A stretch of DNA of 64,000 nucleotides from Acidobacteriota bacterium (GCA_004299485.1 SCQP01000016.1:213842-277841); one strand, 5' to 3'; positions 35,114-45,995 are shown, counted from the stretch's first letter. Numbers and translations are program-made. Notes: generated by a model not told the origin, from the letters alone.

Positions 35114-37756
35114 ATGCGCGCGGGGTATAATCGCCACTACCAGTCTATGCAGGCGGGAGTCACTCTCGGACCGTATGAGATCGTGGCGCCGCTGGGCGCG
35201 GGCGGAATGGGCGAAGTCTATCGTGCCCGCGACCGGCGCCTGAACCGCGACGTGGCGATCAAGGTGCTGCCGGCGGCGGTGACAAGCGATCCCACGCGGC
35301 TGCGGCGCTTTGAGACCGAAGCGCGCTCGGCGGGTCAGCTCAGTCATCCCAATATTCTTGCCGTGTTCGACTTCGGCGTGGCCGAGGGCGCGCCTTATCT
35401 GGTGACGGAGCTGCTGGAGGGCGAGACGCTGCGCGCGCGGCTCACGCCGGCGATCGCGTTGCCGCCGCGGAAAGCGATTGAGATAGCGCAGCAGGTGGCG
35501 CGCGGGCTGGCGGCGGCGCACGCCAAGGGCATCATTCACCGCGACCTCAAGCCGGAAAATATCTTTCTCACGCGCGACGGCCAAGCCAAGATTCTGGATT
35601 TCGGCCTGGCCAAAGTGGCTGAGACGGTCAGTGACGACGCCGAGACCGTAGCCGCCGGTCAGGTGACCAGTGCCGGGCAGGTGCTGGGCACGGCGGGCTA
35701 CATGTCGCCGGAGCAGGTGCGCGGCCAGGCGGCGGACGCACGCTCGGATCTGTTTGCCCTGGGCGCGATTCTGTACGAAATGCTGACCGGCCGGCGCGCC
35801 TTCCAGCGTGACACTGCCGCGGAAACTATGACCGCGGTGCTCAAAGAGGAACCGGCGGAGATCACGGCGGCACCGGATACGCTGGCACCGGCGCTGCAGC
35901 GGGTGGTCGATCATTGCCTGGAAAAAGATCCGGCCGCGCGCTTTCAATCGGCGCGCGACCTCGAGTTTGCGCTGGCGGCGCTCACCGGCAGTTCCTCGAC
36001 CCGCACCGCGGCGCTCGCCGCGCTGCCTGCCCCGCGCCGTCAGGTTCCGATGCTCGCCGCGGTGGCCCTCACCGCGGTGGTTGTGGGCCTGGCTGTGTTT
36101 TTCGCGATGCGCCCGGCGCCGTCGGCGCACTGGCATTTTACGGCGGTGACCAACTTTCCGGGCGTGCAGGCGCAGCCGGTGTTTTCGCCCGACGGCCGCT
36201 CGGTCGCCTTTACCTCGAACGAAGACGGCCATTACAACATCTACGTGGCGCTGCTGAGTGGTGGCACACCGGCGGAGGTCACGCACGGGCCGAACGCGAA
36301 GCAACATCCCGCCTGGTCGCCGGATGGCGCAACGCTCGCCTACGCGCGGCTGAACCACAGCGGCCTCTCGGATATCTGGGAAGTTCCGGCGCTGGGCGGC
36401 ACGCCGCGCCGCGTGGTGCCCGATGCTGCCGAGCCCAGCTTCACGCGCGACGGCGACCTGGTGTACGAGCACGACGGCGCGGTGTGGGAGGCGAGCAGCG
36501 GCGGAGAAAATCCACACCAGATCGTGGGCATTCCTCCGGGCGATACCGAGGTGGTATACCCGCGCCTTTCCCCCGATGGCCGCTATGTCGCGTTTTCCAC
36601 GGCCAACTATACCAGCGGACCCTACCGCGATCTTGCGGTGGCCAATCTGGCGAGCGGCAAAATCCGCGTGCTGACGACTACGGGGTTGGCCACCTCGCCC
36701 GTCTGGACACCCGACAGCCACACCATTTACTTCGCGTACAACGGCTCCGGGGCGATGAACCTTTGGAAGATCCACGTCGACGGCTCGGGCTTGCAGCAGA
36801 TTACTTCCGGCGAAGGCGACGACGCCGACCTCGATATCTCCGCTGACGGAAAGCGGATCATCTTCGACACGATGCACGTCGGCATCGGGCTGGCCGAGGT
36901 CAATCTGCAAACGCCGGTCAATCAGCAAACGCCACAGATGCTGCACGTGGATCCCGCGCGCTGGCTGTGGGGCCCGCAGTATTCGCCCGACGGCAAGCGT
37001 TTGGCCTATTTCGCCGCACTTAAAGGAGTGGTCAGCGAGAGCATCGGCGTCGCCAATGCGGACGGATCGGGCGCAGTGCCGTTGGTCGAGGATCAGCGGG
37101 AAGATATCTTTCCGGTATGGAGCCAGGACGGCCAGAGCTTGTACTTTGTCTCCATGTACCCCCACGCCATTCGCACAGTCCCCGTTGCGGGCGGATCGCC
37201 GCGCACGTTGTATCGCTTACCGACGACAGCATCGTATTACCTGTCGGTTGGGCGTGATGGCAGGATTCTCTTCCAGAATGGCAACACCCTGGATGTACTG
37301 AACCCAGATGGCAAGGTTCAGGCGATCGGTGCTCTTCCCGCGGGTGCGGACCTGTTGGCCTGGTCGCCGGATCAGCGGCAGGTGGCCTATCGCCTTACGG
37401 CCCGCAGGGCGAATGATCCCGCTGCCGGCCTCTGGGTGACGGACTTGCATGCGCCGCCGCGGCAGATATTCCAGGGCTCAGTCAACCGTGCCGTGTCCGC
37501 CGCAGGCAGCCTGTACGTGCTGCAGGCGCAAGCTGACCTGGGCACCGTCCTGTGGAAGCTCTCCTGGGATGGCCGGGGCCGGACGCAGGTCTCAACCCGC
37601 ATTGTGCCGCTCTGGGACGCGAATTACAATGACGTGGGCGTCGTGAATTACGTCGCAGTATCGCCGGATGGCAACCAGGCCGTCTTTCAGGACGAGCCCG
37701 GGCTGTCGGAAAACATTGGCCTGCTTACGCTAGCGTCTCCAAAGAGTCGGCAATAA
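35114..37756 (+). CDS. Serine/threonine protein kinase with TM segment and C-terminal TolB-like beta-propeller repeats
   Basis: 'LGAGGMGEVYRARD', 'AIKVL', 'HRDLKPENI', 'DFGLAK', 'GTAGYMSPEQ'. The C-terminal half has repeated 'SPDG...AF/Y' WD40-like TolB motifs. The start may be the ATG at 35147. Confidence 0.9.
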   Translation: MRAGYNRHYQSMQAGVTLGPYEIVAPLGAGGMGEVYRARDRRLNRDVAIKVLPAAVTSDPTRLRRFETEARSAGQLSHPNILAVFDFGVAEGAPYLVTELLEGETLRARLTPAIALPPRKAIEIAQQVARGLAAAHAKGIIHRDLKPENIFLTRDGQAKILDFGLAKVAETVSDDAETVAAGQVTSAGQVLGTAGYMSPEQVRGQAADARSDLFALGAILYEMLTGRRAFQRDTAAETMTAVLKEEPAEITAAPDTLAPALQRVVDHCLEKDPAARFQSARDLEFALAALTGSSSTRTAALAALPAPRRQVPMLAAVALTAVVVGLAVFFAMRPAPSAHWHFTAVTNFPGVQAQPVFSPDGRSVAFTSNEDGHYNIYVALLSGGTPAEVTHGPNAKQHPAWSPDGATLAYARLNHSGLSDIWEVPALGGTPRRVVPDAAEPSFTRDGDLVYEHDGAVWEASSGGENPHQIVGIPPGDTEVVYPRLSPDGRYVAFSTANYTSGPYRDLAVANLASGKIRVLTTTGLATSPVWTPDSHTIYFAYNGSGAMNLWKIHVDGSGLQQITSGEGDDADLDISADGKRIIFDTMHVGIGLAEVNLQTPVNQQTPQMLHVDPARWLWGPQYSPDGKRLAYFAALKGVVSESIGVANADGSGAVPLVEDQREDIFPVWSQDGQSLYFVSMYPHAIRTVPVAGGSPRTLYRLPTTASYYLSVGRDGRILFQNGNTLDVLNPDGKVQAIGALPAGADLLAWSPDQRQVAYRLTARRANDPAAGLWVTDLHAPPRQIFQGSVNRAVSAAGSLYVLQAQADLGTVLWKLSWDGRGRTQVSTRIVPLWDANYNDVGVVNYVAVSPDGNQAVFQDEPGLSENIGLLTLASPKSRQ

Positions 37757-38984
37757 CGTCCCAGACCCACTCGAGCTCGCTGGGCTGAATGCGGTACGGC
37801 GGGAGGACGTAGACCACCGGACCCAGAGGCCGCAGCAGGACGCTTTCTTTTTCGTAGTGACGGCGAAGGTGCAGGCCAGCTTCGGAGAGATAGCCGCGGC
37901 CATCGTCGCGGAGCTCAATCGCGGCGACCGTGCCTGTCTGGCGGACGGCGGCTACGCGCGGATGGGTGCGCAGGCGGTCCAGCGCGCGTGCATGGGTCGC
38001 GGCAATGGCGGCGATGCGCTGCATGACCGGCTCGGTGCGGAAGATTTCGAGCGAGGCTAAGGCAGCCGCGCAGCCCAGCGGATTGCCGGTGTAGGAGTGA
38101 CCGTGGAAGAGCGTGCGCTCGCGGTCGGCGGATAAGAAGGCCTCGAAGACGGCGTCGGTGCAGAGCGTGGCCGCGAGCGGCAGGGCGCCGCCGGTCAGGC
38201 CCTTCGAGAGGCACAGGATGTCGGGAGAGATGCCGGCCTGCTCGCAGGCGAACATGGTTCCGGTGCGGCCGAAGCCGGTGAGGACTTCGTCGGCAATGAG
38301 CAATACGTGATGCTGATCGCAGAGCTGGCGCACGCTGCGCAGAAATTCCGGCGGTTGGACGCGCATGCCGCCCACGCCTTGCAGCAGCGGCTCGACGATG
38401 AGGGCCGCAATTTCGTGGCTGTGATCGGCGAGCAGCCCGGCGAGGGGTTCGGGGCGTTCTGCGGAAACGCGCTCGACCGGGAACATCCATTCTTGAAAGG
38501 GCGCCGTGAATGCGGTCGCCTCGCTCACCGACATCGCAGCCAGGGTGTCGCCGTGATAGGCGTTTTCGAGAGCGACGATGCGGCGCCGCTGCGGCTGGCC
38601 GCGCTGCTGCCAGCATTGCAGCGCCATTTTCAGCGCGACTTCGACGGCGGTCGAGCCGTCGTCGGAGTAAAAGACGTGATTGAGGCCGGCCGGGGTAATG
38701 GCAACGAGTTTTTCGGCCAGCTCCTCGGCCAGGGGGTGAGTGTAGTCGGCGAGGATCACCTGCTCCAGTGTCCGCGCCTGGCGCGCGATGGCTTCGGCGA
38801 TGCGCGGCTCGGCGTGGCCGTGCAGCGTCACCCACCAGGAGCTGATGGCATCGAGGGTGCGGCTGCCGTCGCGGGCGTAGAGCCAGACGCCTTCGCCGCG
38901 CACAATTTCGAGCGGCGCGGCGAGGCCCTGCATTTGCGTATAGGGAAACCAGATGCGACCACGATAGGGATTAGAAGAGGCCAC
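37725..38984 (-). CDS. bioA: Adenosylmethionine-8-amino-7-oxononanoate aminotransferase
   Basis: 'LIADEVLTGFGRTGTMFA' and 'HGHSYTGNPL'. Lies in an operon with bioD and bioB/F. Confidence 0.85.
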   Translation of the reverse strand: MASSNPYRGRIWFPYTQMQGLAAPLEIVRGEGVWLYARDGSRTLDAISSWWVTLHGHAEPRIAEAIARQARTLEQVILADYTHPLAEELAEKLVAITPAGLNHVFYSDDGSTAVEVALKMALQCWQQRGQPQRRRIVALENAYHGDTLAAMSVSEATAFTAPFQEWMFPVERVSAERPEPLAGLLADHSHEIAALIVEPLLQGVGGMRVQPPEFLRSVRQLCDQHHVLLIADEVLTGFGRTGTMFACEQAGISPDILCLSKGLTGGALPLAATLCTDAVFEAFLSADRERTLFHGHSYTGNPLGCAAALASLEIFRTEPVMQRIAAIAATHARALDRLRTHPRVAAVRQTGTVAAIELRDDGRGYLSEAGLHLRRHYEKESVLLRPLGPVVYVLPPYRIQPSELEWVWDVIADSLETLA

Positions 38985-39576
38985 GCAGCGCCTCCGGATT
39001 GAGCACAGGCAACGGCCGCAGTTCGATCAGGCGCTCGGGCTTGCCCCAGCGGCGCAGGGTTTCCCTCGTCGTAGGCACGGGCTCGCCGTTCAGCACCAGC
39101 GCATGCAGCGCGAGGCCGCGGCGGCGGAGCGCTTCGAGGCTCAGCAGGGTGTGATTGATGGTGCCGAGAGCGGTGCGCGCCACCAGCACGACGGGCAGCG
39201 CCAGCCAGACCATTAGATCCAGCATGGTGGCGTCGTCGTTGATCGGGACCATTAACCCTCCCGCGCCTTCGACGATGATGGGTGCGGGCGCTGGCGGCAG
39301 GCCGAGCCGCTCGCGGCGGATGGCGACGCCTTCGGCGGCAGCGGAAACATGCGGCGAGGCGGGCAGCTTGAGGCGATAGGCTTCGGGCAGAATGCGCGCG
39401 GGCGGAAGGCCGGTCCAGCGGGCGACGGCCTCGGTGTCGGTCGCCGGATCGCCCGCGACGCCACTTTGGATGGGCTTCCAGTAGTAGGCGCCGGGCGTGG
39501 CCAGCGTCAGCGCTGCCGCTACCACGGTTTTACCGACGCCCGTATCCGTGCCGGTGACGAACCAACCGTTAGGCAT
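38971..39576 (-). CDS. bioD: Dethiobiotin synthase
   Basis: P-loop 'GTDTGVGKT' and '[10 protein letters not shown]'. Confidence 0.85.
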   Translation of the reverse strand: MPNGWFVTGTDTGVGKTVVAAALTLATPGAYYWKPIQSGVAGDPATDTEAVARWTGLPPARILPEAYRLKLPASPHVSAAAEGVAIRRERLGLPPAPAPIIVEGAGGLMVPINDDATMLDLMVWLALPVVLVARTALGTINHTLLSLEALRRRGLALHALVLNGEPVPTTRETLRRWGKPERLIELRPLPVLNPEALRGLF

Positions 39577-41713
39577 GCGCCGCCAGCACGCGCACCAGGC
39601 GGCTGCACGCGGCCGGGCTTTGGCCGGCGTGGGCGGTGATGCGCAGCCGCGCCGTGCCCTCGGGCACGGTGGGCGGCCGAATGGCGCGGACGTCCAGGCC
39701 TTCGGCGGCGAGGGCAGCTTCGAGCTTCAGCGCCGCCGCGTCGCTGCCGGCAATCACGGGGATGATGGGCGAAGCGGGAGCGCCGAGCGTCGCCAGGCCG
39801 GCGTCGGCCAGCTCGGTGCGGATTTGGCACGCGCGCGCGAGCACCTGCTCGCGCCGCTGGGGCTCGCGCCGCACCGCATTCAGCGCGGCGGTGAGTTGCA
39901 CCGCCAGCAGCGGCGCCGGCGCGGTCGAGTAAATGAAGCTGCGGCTCTGATTCACGAGGTGCTCGATGAGGCGCCGCGAGCCGGTCACCAGCGCGCCGCT
40001 GGCGCCCATAGCTTTGCCGCAGGGATGCAACACGGCCGCGGCGGCGTTGGCAACCGCCTCGCCCGCGGCGGCGACGCGGCCGGCGCCTTCAGGGCCATAC
40101 AAGCCCAGGGCGTGGGCTTCATCCACGATCAGGCCGGCGTGGTGCTGGCGGCACAATTCCGCGATGGCTTCGAGCGGCGCGAAGTCGCCATCCATGCTGT
40201 AGACCGACTCGATCACCACCCAGCGGCGCTGCTTGCCGACGGCGGGATAGCGGCGCAACCGTTCGGCCAGCGCATCGGCGCTGACGTGGGGCACGAGCAC
40301 CCGCCGCGCGCCTGCGGCGCGGATGCCTTCAATCAGGCTGGCGTGGTTGCGCTCATCGGAAAATACAATGTCGCCACGGCCGACCAGCGCGGTGATCACA
40401 CCCAGTCCGGCGGTGTAACCGGAGCTATACAGCAGCGCCGCCTCGCGGTTTTGCCAGGCGGCGAACTCGGCTTCGAGCTCGACGATGGCGGCGTGGTTGC
40501 CGCGCACGAGGCGCGAACTGGTGGAACCCAGTTCCAGGCCCTGATCCAGGGCCTCGACCATCGCCGCCCGAATGCCCGGATGCTGGCTCAGGCCGAGATA
40601 GTCGTTGGAGCAAAAATCCTCGCCCTCGGCGGCCCGCAGCCGGCGGCGGCGCTGGCGTTGTTCGCGCTCGGCGAGTTCTTCATCCCAGGCCCGCTCCAGT
40701 TCCGCGAGGCCGGAGGAGAGGGAAGAGGGAAGAGGGAAAAGGGAAGTCGCAACGGGCGCCGGTTCCGGGTCCAGCCCGAGCTTCGCCAGCAGCGCGTGAT
40801 CGTGATCCTCGCCGGGATTCGGCGTGGTGAGCAGCTTCTCGCCTACGAAGATCGAATTGGCGCCAGCGTAGAAGCAGAGCGCTTGCGCTTCGTCGCTGAG
40901 CGCCAGCCGGCCGGCGCTGAGGCGCACGCGCGAATCGGGCATCAGCATGCGCGCGGTGGCGATGGCGCGCACCAGCTCGAAGCAATCGACCGGCATGTTT
41001 TCCGCCAGCGGCGTGCCTTCGACCGCGACCAGCGCGTTAATCGGCACGCTCTCGGGCGGCGGATTCATATTCGCCAGCGTGAACAGCAGCCGCACGCGGT
41101 CGGCGTCGGCTTCGCCCAGACCCAGAATGCCGCCGCAGCAAACCGAAATGCCGGCGCCGCGGACGTGTTCGAGCGTGCGCAGGCGATCTTCATAGGTGCG
41201 CGTAGTGATGATGTGGCCGTAGAACTCGGGTGAGGTGTCGAGGTTGTGGTTGTAGGCGGTGAGGCCGGCGTCGGCGAGCTGCTGCGCCTGCTCGGCGTTG
41301 AGCATGCCGAGGGTACAGCAGACTTCCATGCCTAAGCCGGCCACGCCGCGCACCATCTCCAGTACGCGATCAAAGTCGGCGCCCTCTTTGACCTGCCGCC
41401 AGGCCGCGCCCATGCAGAAGCGGCTGGAACCGCCCGCGCGCGCCTGCTCGGCCGATTGCATCACGGTTTCCAGGTCGAGCAGTTTGCCGGCTTCGACGCC
41501 GGTGTGATAGCGGGCGCTCTGCGGGCAATAGGAACAATCCTCCGGACAGCCGCCCGTCTTGATGGACAGCAGATGACACATCTGGACGGAGTGGTGGCGC
41601 TGGTGCTGGCGGTGGACTTCGTGGGCTTGCTCAATCAGCTCCAGGAGGGGTTGATTGTAGATATTGGATACATCTTCTACGGTCCATTTCGGAGCAGTGG
41701 TCGCAGTAGCCAT
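39569..41713 (-). CDS. Fused biotin synthase / 8-amino-7-oxononanoate synthase (BioB-BioF)
   Basis: The N-terminal half carries radical-SAM '[11 protein letters not shown]' and '[11 protein letters not shown]'. The C-terminal half carries '[14 protein letters not shown]' and a BioF-like PLP region. It is a single uninterrupted 714-aa ORF; the junction '[13 protein letters not shown]' is encoded by a heptamer array. Confidence 0.8.
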   Translation of the reverse strand: MATATTAPKWTVEDVSNIYNQPLLELIEQAHEVHRQHQRHHSVQMCHLLSIKTGGCPEDCSYCPQSARYHTGVEAGKLLDLETVMQSAEQARAGGSSRFCMGAAWRQVKEGADFDRVLEMVRGVAGLGMEVCCTLGMLNAEQAQQLADAGLTAYNHNLDTSPEFYGHIITTRTYEDRLRTLEHVRGAGISVCCGGILGLGEADADRVRLLFTLANMNPPPESVPINALVAVEGTPLAENMPVDCFELVRAIATARMLMPDSRVRLSAGRLALSDEAQALCFYAGANSIFVGEKLLTTPNPGEDHDHALLAKLGLDPEPAPVATSLFPLPSSLSSGLAELERAWDEELAEREQRQRRRRLRAAEGEDFCSNDYLGLSQHPGIRAAMVEALDQGLELGSTSSRLVRGNHAAIVELEAEFAAWQNREAALLYSSGYTAGLGVITALVGRGDIVFSDERNHASLIEGIRAAGARRVLVPHVSADALAERLRRYPAVGKQRRWVVIESVYSMDGDFAPLEAIAELCRQHHAGLIVDEAHALGLYGPEGAGRVAAAGEAVANAAAAVLHPCGKAMGASGALVTGSRRLIEHLVNQSRSFIYSTAPAPLLAVQLTAALNAVRREPQRREQVLARACQIRTELADAGLATLGAPASPIIPVIAGSDAAALKLEAALAAEGLDVRAIRPPTVPEGTARLRITAHAGQSPAACSRLVRVLAAHA
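40712..40746. repeat. Tandem heptamer array (AGGGAAG x 5) inside the bioB-bioF junction
   Basis: ggaggag agggaag agggaag agggaaa agggaag on the + strand, which is the template strand of the gene. Confidence 0.85.
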
Positions 41714-41799
41714 GGTTCGTAGACCATGATACCGCCTGGAAACGGCGGTGGTGTAACCGTGTCTTTGGCCGGGGCGTTCTCAGAAGTGAAGGCAGAGAA

Positions 41800-43218
41800 A
41801 TGGCAACCGAAAAGCACCCACGCTCCTTGCTGCATGCGCGCAGCTTCCAGGTTCTGGCAGCGGTAGTGGTGGTGATTATCGTGGCCATTGTACTGGTCGC
41901 CAACCGCTCATCGGCGCCGACGTATTTCACGGCGGCGGTGCGGACCGGCAACATTACTTCCGTAGTGCAGGCAACTGGGGTGGTCAACCCGATCAACACC
42001 GTCTCGATTGGCGCGCAGGTGTCGGGCCGGATCACCAAGATCAACGTGGACTTCAACTCCAGGGTCAAGAAGGGCGAGTTGATCGCGCAGATCGACCCGA
42101 CGCCCTACGAGAATGCGCTGGCGGCCGCCAAGGCCGATCTCGCCAACGCCCAAGCGCAGGTAGGCGTGGCGCAGGCCAACGTACAGGATGCCAAGGCCAA
42201 AATCGAGCAAGCCCAGGCCGCGCTGCAGCAGGCGACGTTGCAGCGCGACCGCAGCGTGAGCCTGTACCAACAGGGCATTGTGTCCGCGGCCCAGCGTGAT
42301 ACCGATGTCGCCACCTTTCAGACCGATCAGGCCGCGCACTCCAGCGCGCAGGCGGGCCTGGCGCAGACGGAAGCGGCGCTCAAGTCCGCTCAGGCTGCGG
42401 CCAAAGGCAAACAAAGCCAGGTCACCACCGCGGAAACCAATCTCGGTTACTGCAATATTTACGCCCCGGTCGACGGCGTGATCATCAACCGCGCGGTCGA
42501 TGCCGGCCAGACGGTCGCCAGCTCGTTTTCGGCGCCGCTGCTGTTCAGCGAAGCGACCGATCTGGATACGATGTGGGTCTACATGCAGACCGACGAGAGC
42601 GACGAAGGCCGCCTCAAAGTTGGCGACCCGGCGACGTTCACGGTGGATGCTTATCCGGATACCTCGTATCGCGGCGTGGTGAAGCAATTGCGCATGAACG
42701 CCACCACGGTGCAGAACGTGGTCGAGTACGACACCATTATTGAGTTCAAGAATTCCGGCCAGAAGCTGTTCCCCGGCATGACCGCCTACGTGAACATTCC
42801 CGTGGCCAGCGCCCTGAACACGCTGGAAGTGCCCAATTCGGCGCTGCGCTTCAAGCCCAGCCTGACGCCGGTTCAATTGCGCACGCTGCTGGGGCAGTAC
42901 GGCATGCAGGATAGCGGCAACGGCGCGCCGCAGGCGAAACCCGCGGCGGGGGCGCACGCGCCAGGCCAGCACGCCACGCATCCGCAGGTGGCCGGTGGAC
43001 AGACTAACCGTCCCACCACGGCGATTCTCTGGACGCTGGACGCCAACCACAAGCTGGTTCCGGTCAAGGTGCGCACCGGAATCACCGATTTCACCCACAC
43101 CGCCGTCACGCAGGTGCTGCAAGGACAACTGAAAGCCGGCGACAAGGTGGTGACCGGCGAGCTGGCGAAGACGGCCAGCGGCCTGCCGGGCGCGGGCGGC
43201 GGACGCCCGGGCCGCTAA
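41800..43218 (+). CDS. Efflux transporter periplasmic adaptor (HlyD/MacA family)
   Basis: N-terminal TM, long coiled coil rich in A/Q, and beta-barrel region '[20 protein letters not shown]'. Confidence 0.85.
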   Translation: MATEKHPRSLLHARSFQVLAAVVVVIIVAIVLVANRSSAPTYFTAAVRTGNITSVVQATGVVNPINTVSIGAQVSGRITKINVDFNSRVKKGELIAQIDPTPYENALAAAKADLANAQAQVGVAQANVQDAKAKIEQAQAALQQATLQRDRSVSLYQQGIVSAAQRDTDVATFQTDQAAHSSAQAGLAQTEAALKSAQAAAKGKQSQVTTAETNLGYCNIYAPVDGVIINRAVDAGQTVASSFSAPLLFSEATDLDTMWVYMQTDESDEGRLKVGDPATFTVDAYPDTSYRGVVKQLRMNATTVQNVVEYDTIIEFKNSGQKLFPGMTAYVNIPVASALNTLEVPNSALRFKPSLTPVQLRTLLGQYGMQDSGNGAPQAKPAAGAHAPGQHATHPQVAGGQTNRPTTAILWTLDANHKLVPVKVRTGITDFTHTAVTQVLQGQLKAGDKVVTGELAKTASGLPGAGGGRPGR

Positions 43219-43232
43219 CGGAGGGTAAGACC

Positions 43233-44048
43233 GTGAACGAAGTCCTGACCAGCACGGAAGTGATATTCGCCGGCGAGGCGCAGGCGATTCCTGTGATTGC
43301 GGTGGCCGGCGTCCACAAGATCTACGATCTCGGCGAGGTGCAGGTGCCCGCGCTGCGCGGGGTGGATATTGTGATCCACAAGGGCGAGTTCGTGGCCATC
43401 ATGGGCGCGTCCGGCGGCGGCAAAAGCACGTTCATGAATGTCATCGGCGGTCTGGATCGACCCACGCGCGGCTCATACAAGCTCGACGGTGTCGATGTCT
43501 CGACCCTCGACAAGACCGAGATGGCCCATATCCGCAACCGCAAGATCGGCTTTGTCTTTCAGGGCTTCAATCTGCTGAGTCGCACGACGGCGCTCGAGAA
43601 CGTCGAGCTGCCGGCGCTCTACGCCCGCATGCCTCTTGCCGAGCGCAAGGAGCGCGCGCGCGAGGTGTTGCGCATCGTCGGCCTGGCGGAGCGCGAGGAC
43701 CACTACCCCAGCCAGCTCTCCGGCGGACAGCAGCAGCGCGTGGCCATTGCCCGGGCGCTGATGAATGGGCCTTCGCTGCTGCTGGCCGACGAGCCTACGG
43801 GCAATCTCGACAGCCGCACCAGCATCGAGATCATGGCCATTTTCCAGAAGCTCAACCGCGAGCACGGCATCACCATCGTGCTGGTGACGCACGAGCCTGA
43901 CATCGCCCAATTCGCCGCGCGCATTGTGTATTTCAAAGATGGCCGTATCCGCCGCGATGAGCCGGTGGCGCATCCCGCCGATGCCGCAGAAGAACTCCAG
44001 AAGCTGCCGGAAAATGGCGCCGAAGAGGAGGGGGAAGCCGAGGACTGA
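43233..44048 (+). CDS. MacB-type ABC transporter ATP-binding protein
   Basis: 'GASGGGKST', '[15 protein letters not shown]', '[11 protein letters not shown]', 'VTHEP'. Confidence 0.9.
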   Translation: MNEVLTSTEVIFAGEAQAIPVIAVAGVHKIYDLGEVQVPALRGVDIVIHKGEFVAIMGASGGGKSTFMNVIGGLDRPTRGSYKLDGVDVSTLDKTEMAHIRNRKIGFVFQGFNLLSRTTALENVELPALYARMPLAERKERAREVLRIVGLAEREDHYPSQLSGGQQQRVAIARALMNGPSLLLADEPTGNLDSRTSIEIMAIFQKLNREHGITIVLVTHEPDIAQFAARIVYFKDGRIRRDEPVAHPADAAEELQKLPENGAEEEGEAED

Positions 44049-44051
44049 ATT

Positions 44052-45272
44052 ATGGATCTCGTCTCCGTACTGCGCGTCGCCCTGGTGGCGCTGACACGCA
44101 ACAAAATGCGCTCCATCCTCACCATGCTGGGCATCATCATCGGCGTGGGGGCGGTGATCGCCATGGTGGGCGTGGGTCAGGGCGCCAGCGAACAGGTGCA
44201 GGCCCGTATCCAGGCCATGGGCAGCAATTTGCTCTACGTGCAGTCGGGCAGCCGCCAGGCGGGAGCGGTGCATTTGGGCTGGGGGCAGACCAAGACCCTG
44301 ACCTATGCGGATGAACAAGCCATTCTGGCGCAGGTGCCGGCGGTGCGGGCGGCGGCCGCGGGCGCGACCGCCAGCGAGCAAGTGGTGTACAACGCCAACA
44401 ACTGGGGCACGCACATCACCGGCACCGAGCCCAGCTACTTCGACATCCGCGCCTGGCAGTTCGATCAGGGCTCGACCTTCACCGAACCGGACGTTACCGA
44501 CGCCAACAACGTGGCTGTGCTGGGCGCGACGGTGGTGAACAATCTGTTCCCCGACGGCGCCGACCCGGTGGGCAAAGCCATCCGCATCAAGAACTTGCCT
44601 TTCAAGGTCGTGGGCACGCTCATCGCCAAAGGTCAAAGCGGCATGGGGCAGGACCAGGACGACAACGTCTACGTGCCCTACACCACGCTCAACCGGAAAA
44701 TCACCGGCAATTACTGGCTGAGCAACATTGCTGTCTCGGCGGTCTCCAACCAGGCGACCGCGGCGGCGCAGCAGCAGATCACCGACCTGCTGCGCAGCCG
44801 GCACCGCATCCGTCCCGGCCAGCCAGATGATTTCGCGGTGATGAATCTCGCCGCTTATGCGGATGTCGCCAACGAGAGCGCGCAGATCATGACCATCCTG
44901 CTGGCTTCGATCGCCAGCGTGTCGCTGCTGGTCGGCGGCATCGGGATCATGAACATCATGCTGGTATCGGTTACCGAGCGCACGCGCGAAATTGGCATTC
45001 GCATGGCCGTGGGCGCGACGGAAGCCGACGTGCAGCGGCAGTTTTTGATCGAGGCGCTGGTGCTGGCGCTGGCGGGCGGCGCGATTGGGATCTTTTTTGG
45101 CCTGGGCACCTCGTGGGTGATCTCGGCCATCGCCCAGTGGCCGGTGGATATTTCGCCGGCCTCGATTGTTGTGGCGGCGGTATTTTCCGCAGGCATTGGC
45201 ATCTTCTTCGGCTTCTACCCGGCGAAAAAGGCTGCCCGCCTCGACCCCATCGAGGCGCTACGATTCGAATAG
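44052..45272 (+). CDS. MacB/FtsX-type ABC transporter permease
   Basis: MacB_PCD-like periplasmic domain followed by the FtsX region 'GGIGIMNIMLVSVTERTREIGIRMAVGA'. Confidence 0.9.
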   Translation: MDLVSVLRVALVALTRNKMRSILTMLGIIIGVGAVIAMVGVGQGASEQVQARIQAMGSNLLYVQSGSRQAGAVHLGWGQTKTLTYADEQAILAQVPAVRAAAAGATASEQVVYNANNWGTHITGTEPSYFDIRAWQFDQGSTFTEPDVTDANNVAVLGATVVNNLFPDGADPVGKAIRIKNLPFKVVGTLIAKGQSGMGQDQDDNVYVPYTTLNRKITGNYWLSNIAVSAVSNQATAAAQQQITDLLRSRHRIRPGQPDDFAVMNLAAYADVANESAQIMTILLASIASVSLLVGGIGIMNIMLVSVTERTREIGIRMAVGATEADVQRQFLIEALVLALAGGAIGIFFGLGTSWVISAIAQWPVDISPASIVVAAVFSAGIGIFFGFYPAKKAARLDPIEALRFE

Positions 45273-45605
45273 TCAGCGGTGTATGCCCAAGTGCAGCAAA
45301 ATCGCTTGCTCCACGCCACGGAGATCCGCGTTTTCCAGGCGACCGAGCCGTAGCAACCGCGTTTTTGCGGCGGAGGTTATCTGGTCGGCCATGGCTTTGG
45401 CCTCGACTCCAGCGGCATTGACTTTGGCCTCGCTGGGATAAATCTTTTCGGTTTGGCGGCTCAGCGGGACCACCACCACCCGGTTGAGAATTGTGTTGCT
45501 TATATTGTTGCTGATAACCACGGCCGGACGCGTCTTGCGCACCCCACCGCCCTGCGCGGCATCGAAGCTGACCCACCAGATGTCACCGCGCCTGACGGGT
45601 ACCAT
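45273..45605 (-). CDS. mazF: Type II toxin, MazF/PemK family endoribonuclease
   Basis: 'RRGDIWWVSFD...KTRPAVVISNN...VVVVPLS'. Confidence 0.85.
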   Translation of the reverse strand: MVPVRRGDIWWVSFDAAQGGGVRKTRPAVVISNNISNTILNRVVVVPLSRQTEKIYPSEAKVNAAGVEAKAMADQITSAAKTRLLRLGRLENADLRGVEQAILLHLGIHR

Positions 45606-45611
45606 CGCCGA

Positions 45612-45995
45612 TTAATCCCTCGGTCCATTCCCAAGCCTCGGCTTCGCGCTCCGGATCTGCCGCCATGGCGCGATAGCCCGCCGCCAGCGCGGTATTGCGG
45701 TATTGTTCTGTTCAGCCAGATCGATCGCCGGTTGGGCCATCTCGCGCGGCAGCAGAAACCAGGTCGGGCGAGCGCGGGACTGCGGATTGCCCATACCGGG
45801 TTCGCCCGGCGACCCGTTCCACCGGATTCCGACTTCTTCTTCACCGTCCCAAACGAGCCGTGCCAGCGCGTACCCGCCCGGTCCTCCGTCGTAGAGCACC
45901 TCGACGGCAGAAATATGGCGCTGGGGAGCCACGACGCTATGCGGATCTATGCACGCCATAGCTTCTAGCGTAGCTATGCGCATAGCTAGTCTCAA
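45612..45995 (-). CDS. Hypothetical protein in the antitoxin position upstream of mazF (non-canonical)
   Basis: The ORF ends 7 nt before the mazF ATG. It contains 'LLPREMAQPAIDLAEQ' but no recognisable AbrB/MazE or clear RHH fold. The start is uncertain, with internal Mets available. Confidence 0.4.
   Translation of the reverse strand: MRLAMRIATLEAMACIDPHSVVAPQRHISAVEVLYDGGPGGYALARLVWDGEEEVGIRWNGSPGEPGMGNPQSRARPTWFLLPREMAQPAIDLAEQNNTAIPRWRRAIAPWRQIRSAKPRLGNGPRD

Noticed and set aside
37725-37756. 32-nt 3'-end overlap of convergent kinase and bioA genes, and 4-nt overlap (TTAG) of convergent rlmD-like and cytochrome c genes at 26534-26537.
   Set aside because: These are real in the sequence but are ordinary consequences of compact high-GC genomes. 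No functional claim is warranted.
41714-41800. Possible BirA/biotin operator upstream of bioB (inverted repeat CATGGT-tcgtag-ACCATG overlapping the start codon; 'tgtaacc' half-site-like sequence near 41752).
   Set aside because: There is no second matching half-site at appropriate spacing, and the palindrome is short. The evidence is insufficient to call a regulatory site.
45606-45700. Alternative-frame acidic peptide (AAGYRAMAADPEREAEAWEWTEGLIGD...) as the true MazE antitoxin.
   Set aside because: Not called as a feature. The frame is closed by a TGA about 40 codons upstream of its end and has no start giving more than ~27 aa. It is mentioned only as a possible frameshift remnant in the mazF finding.
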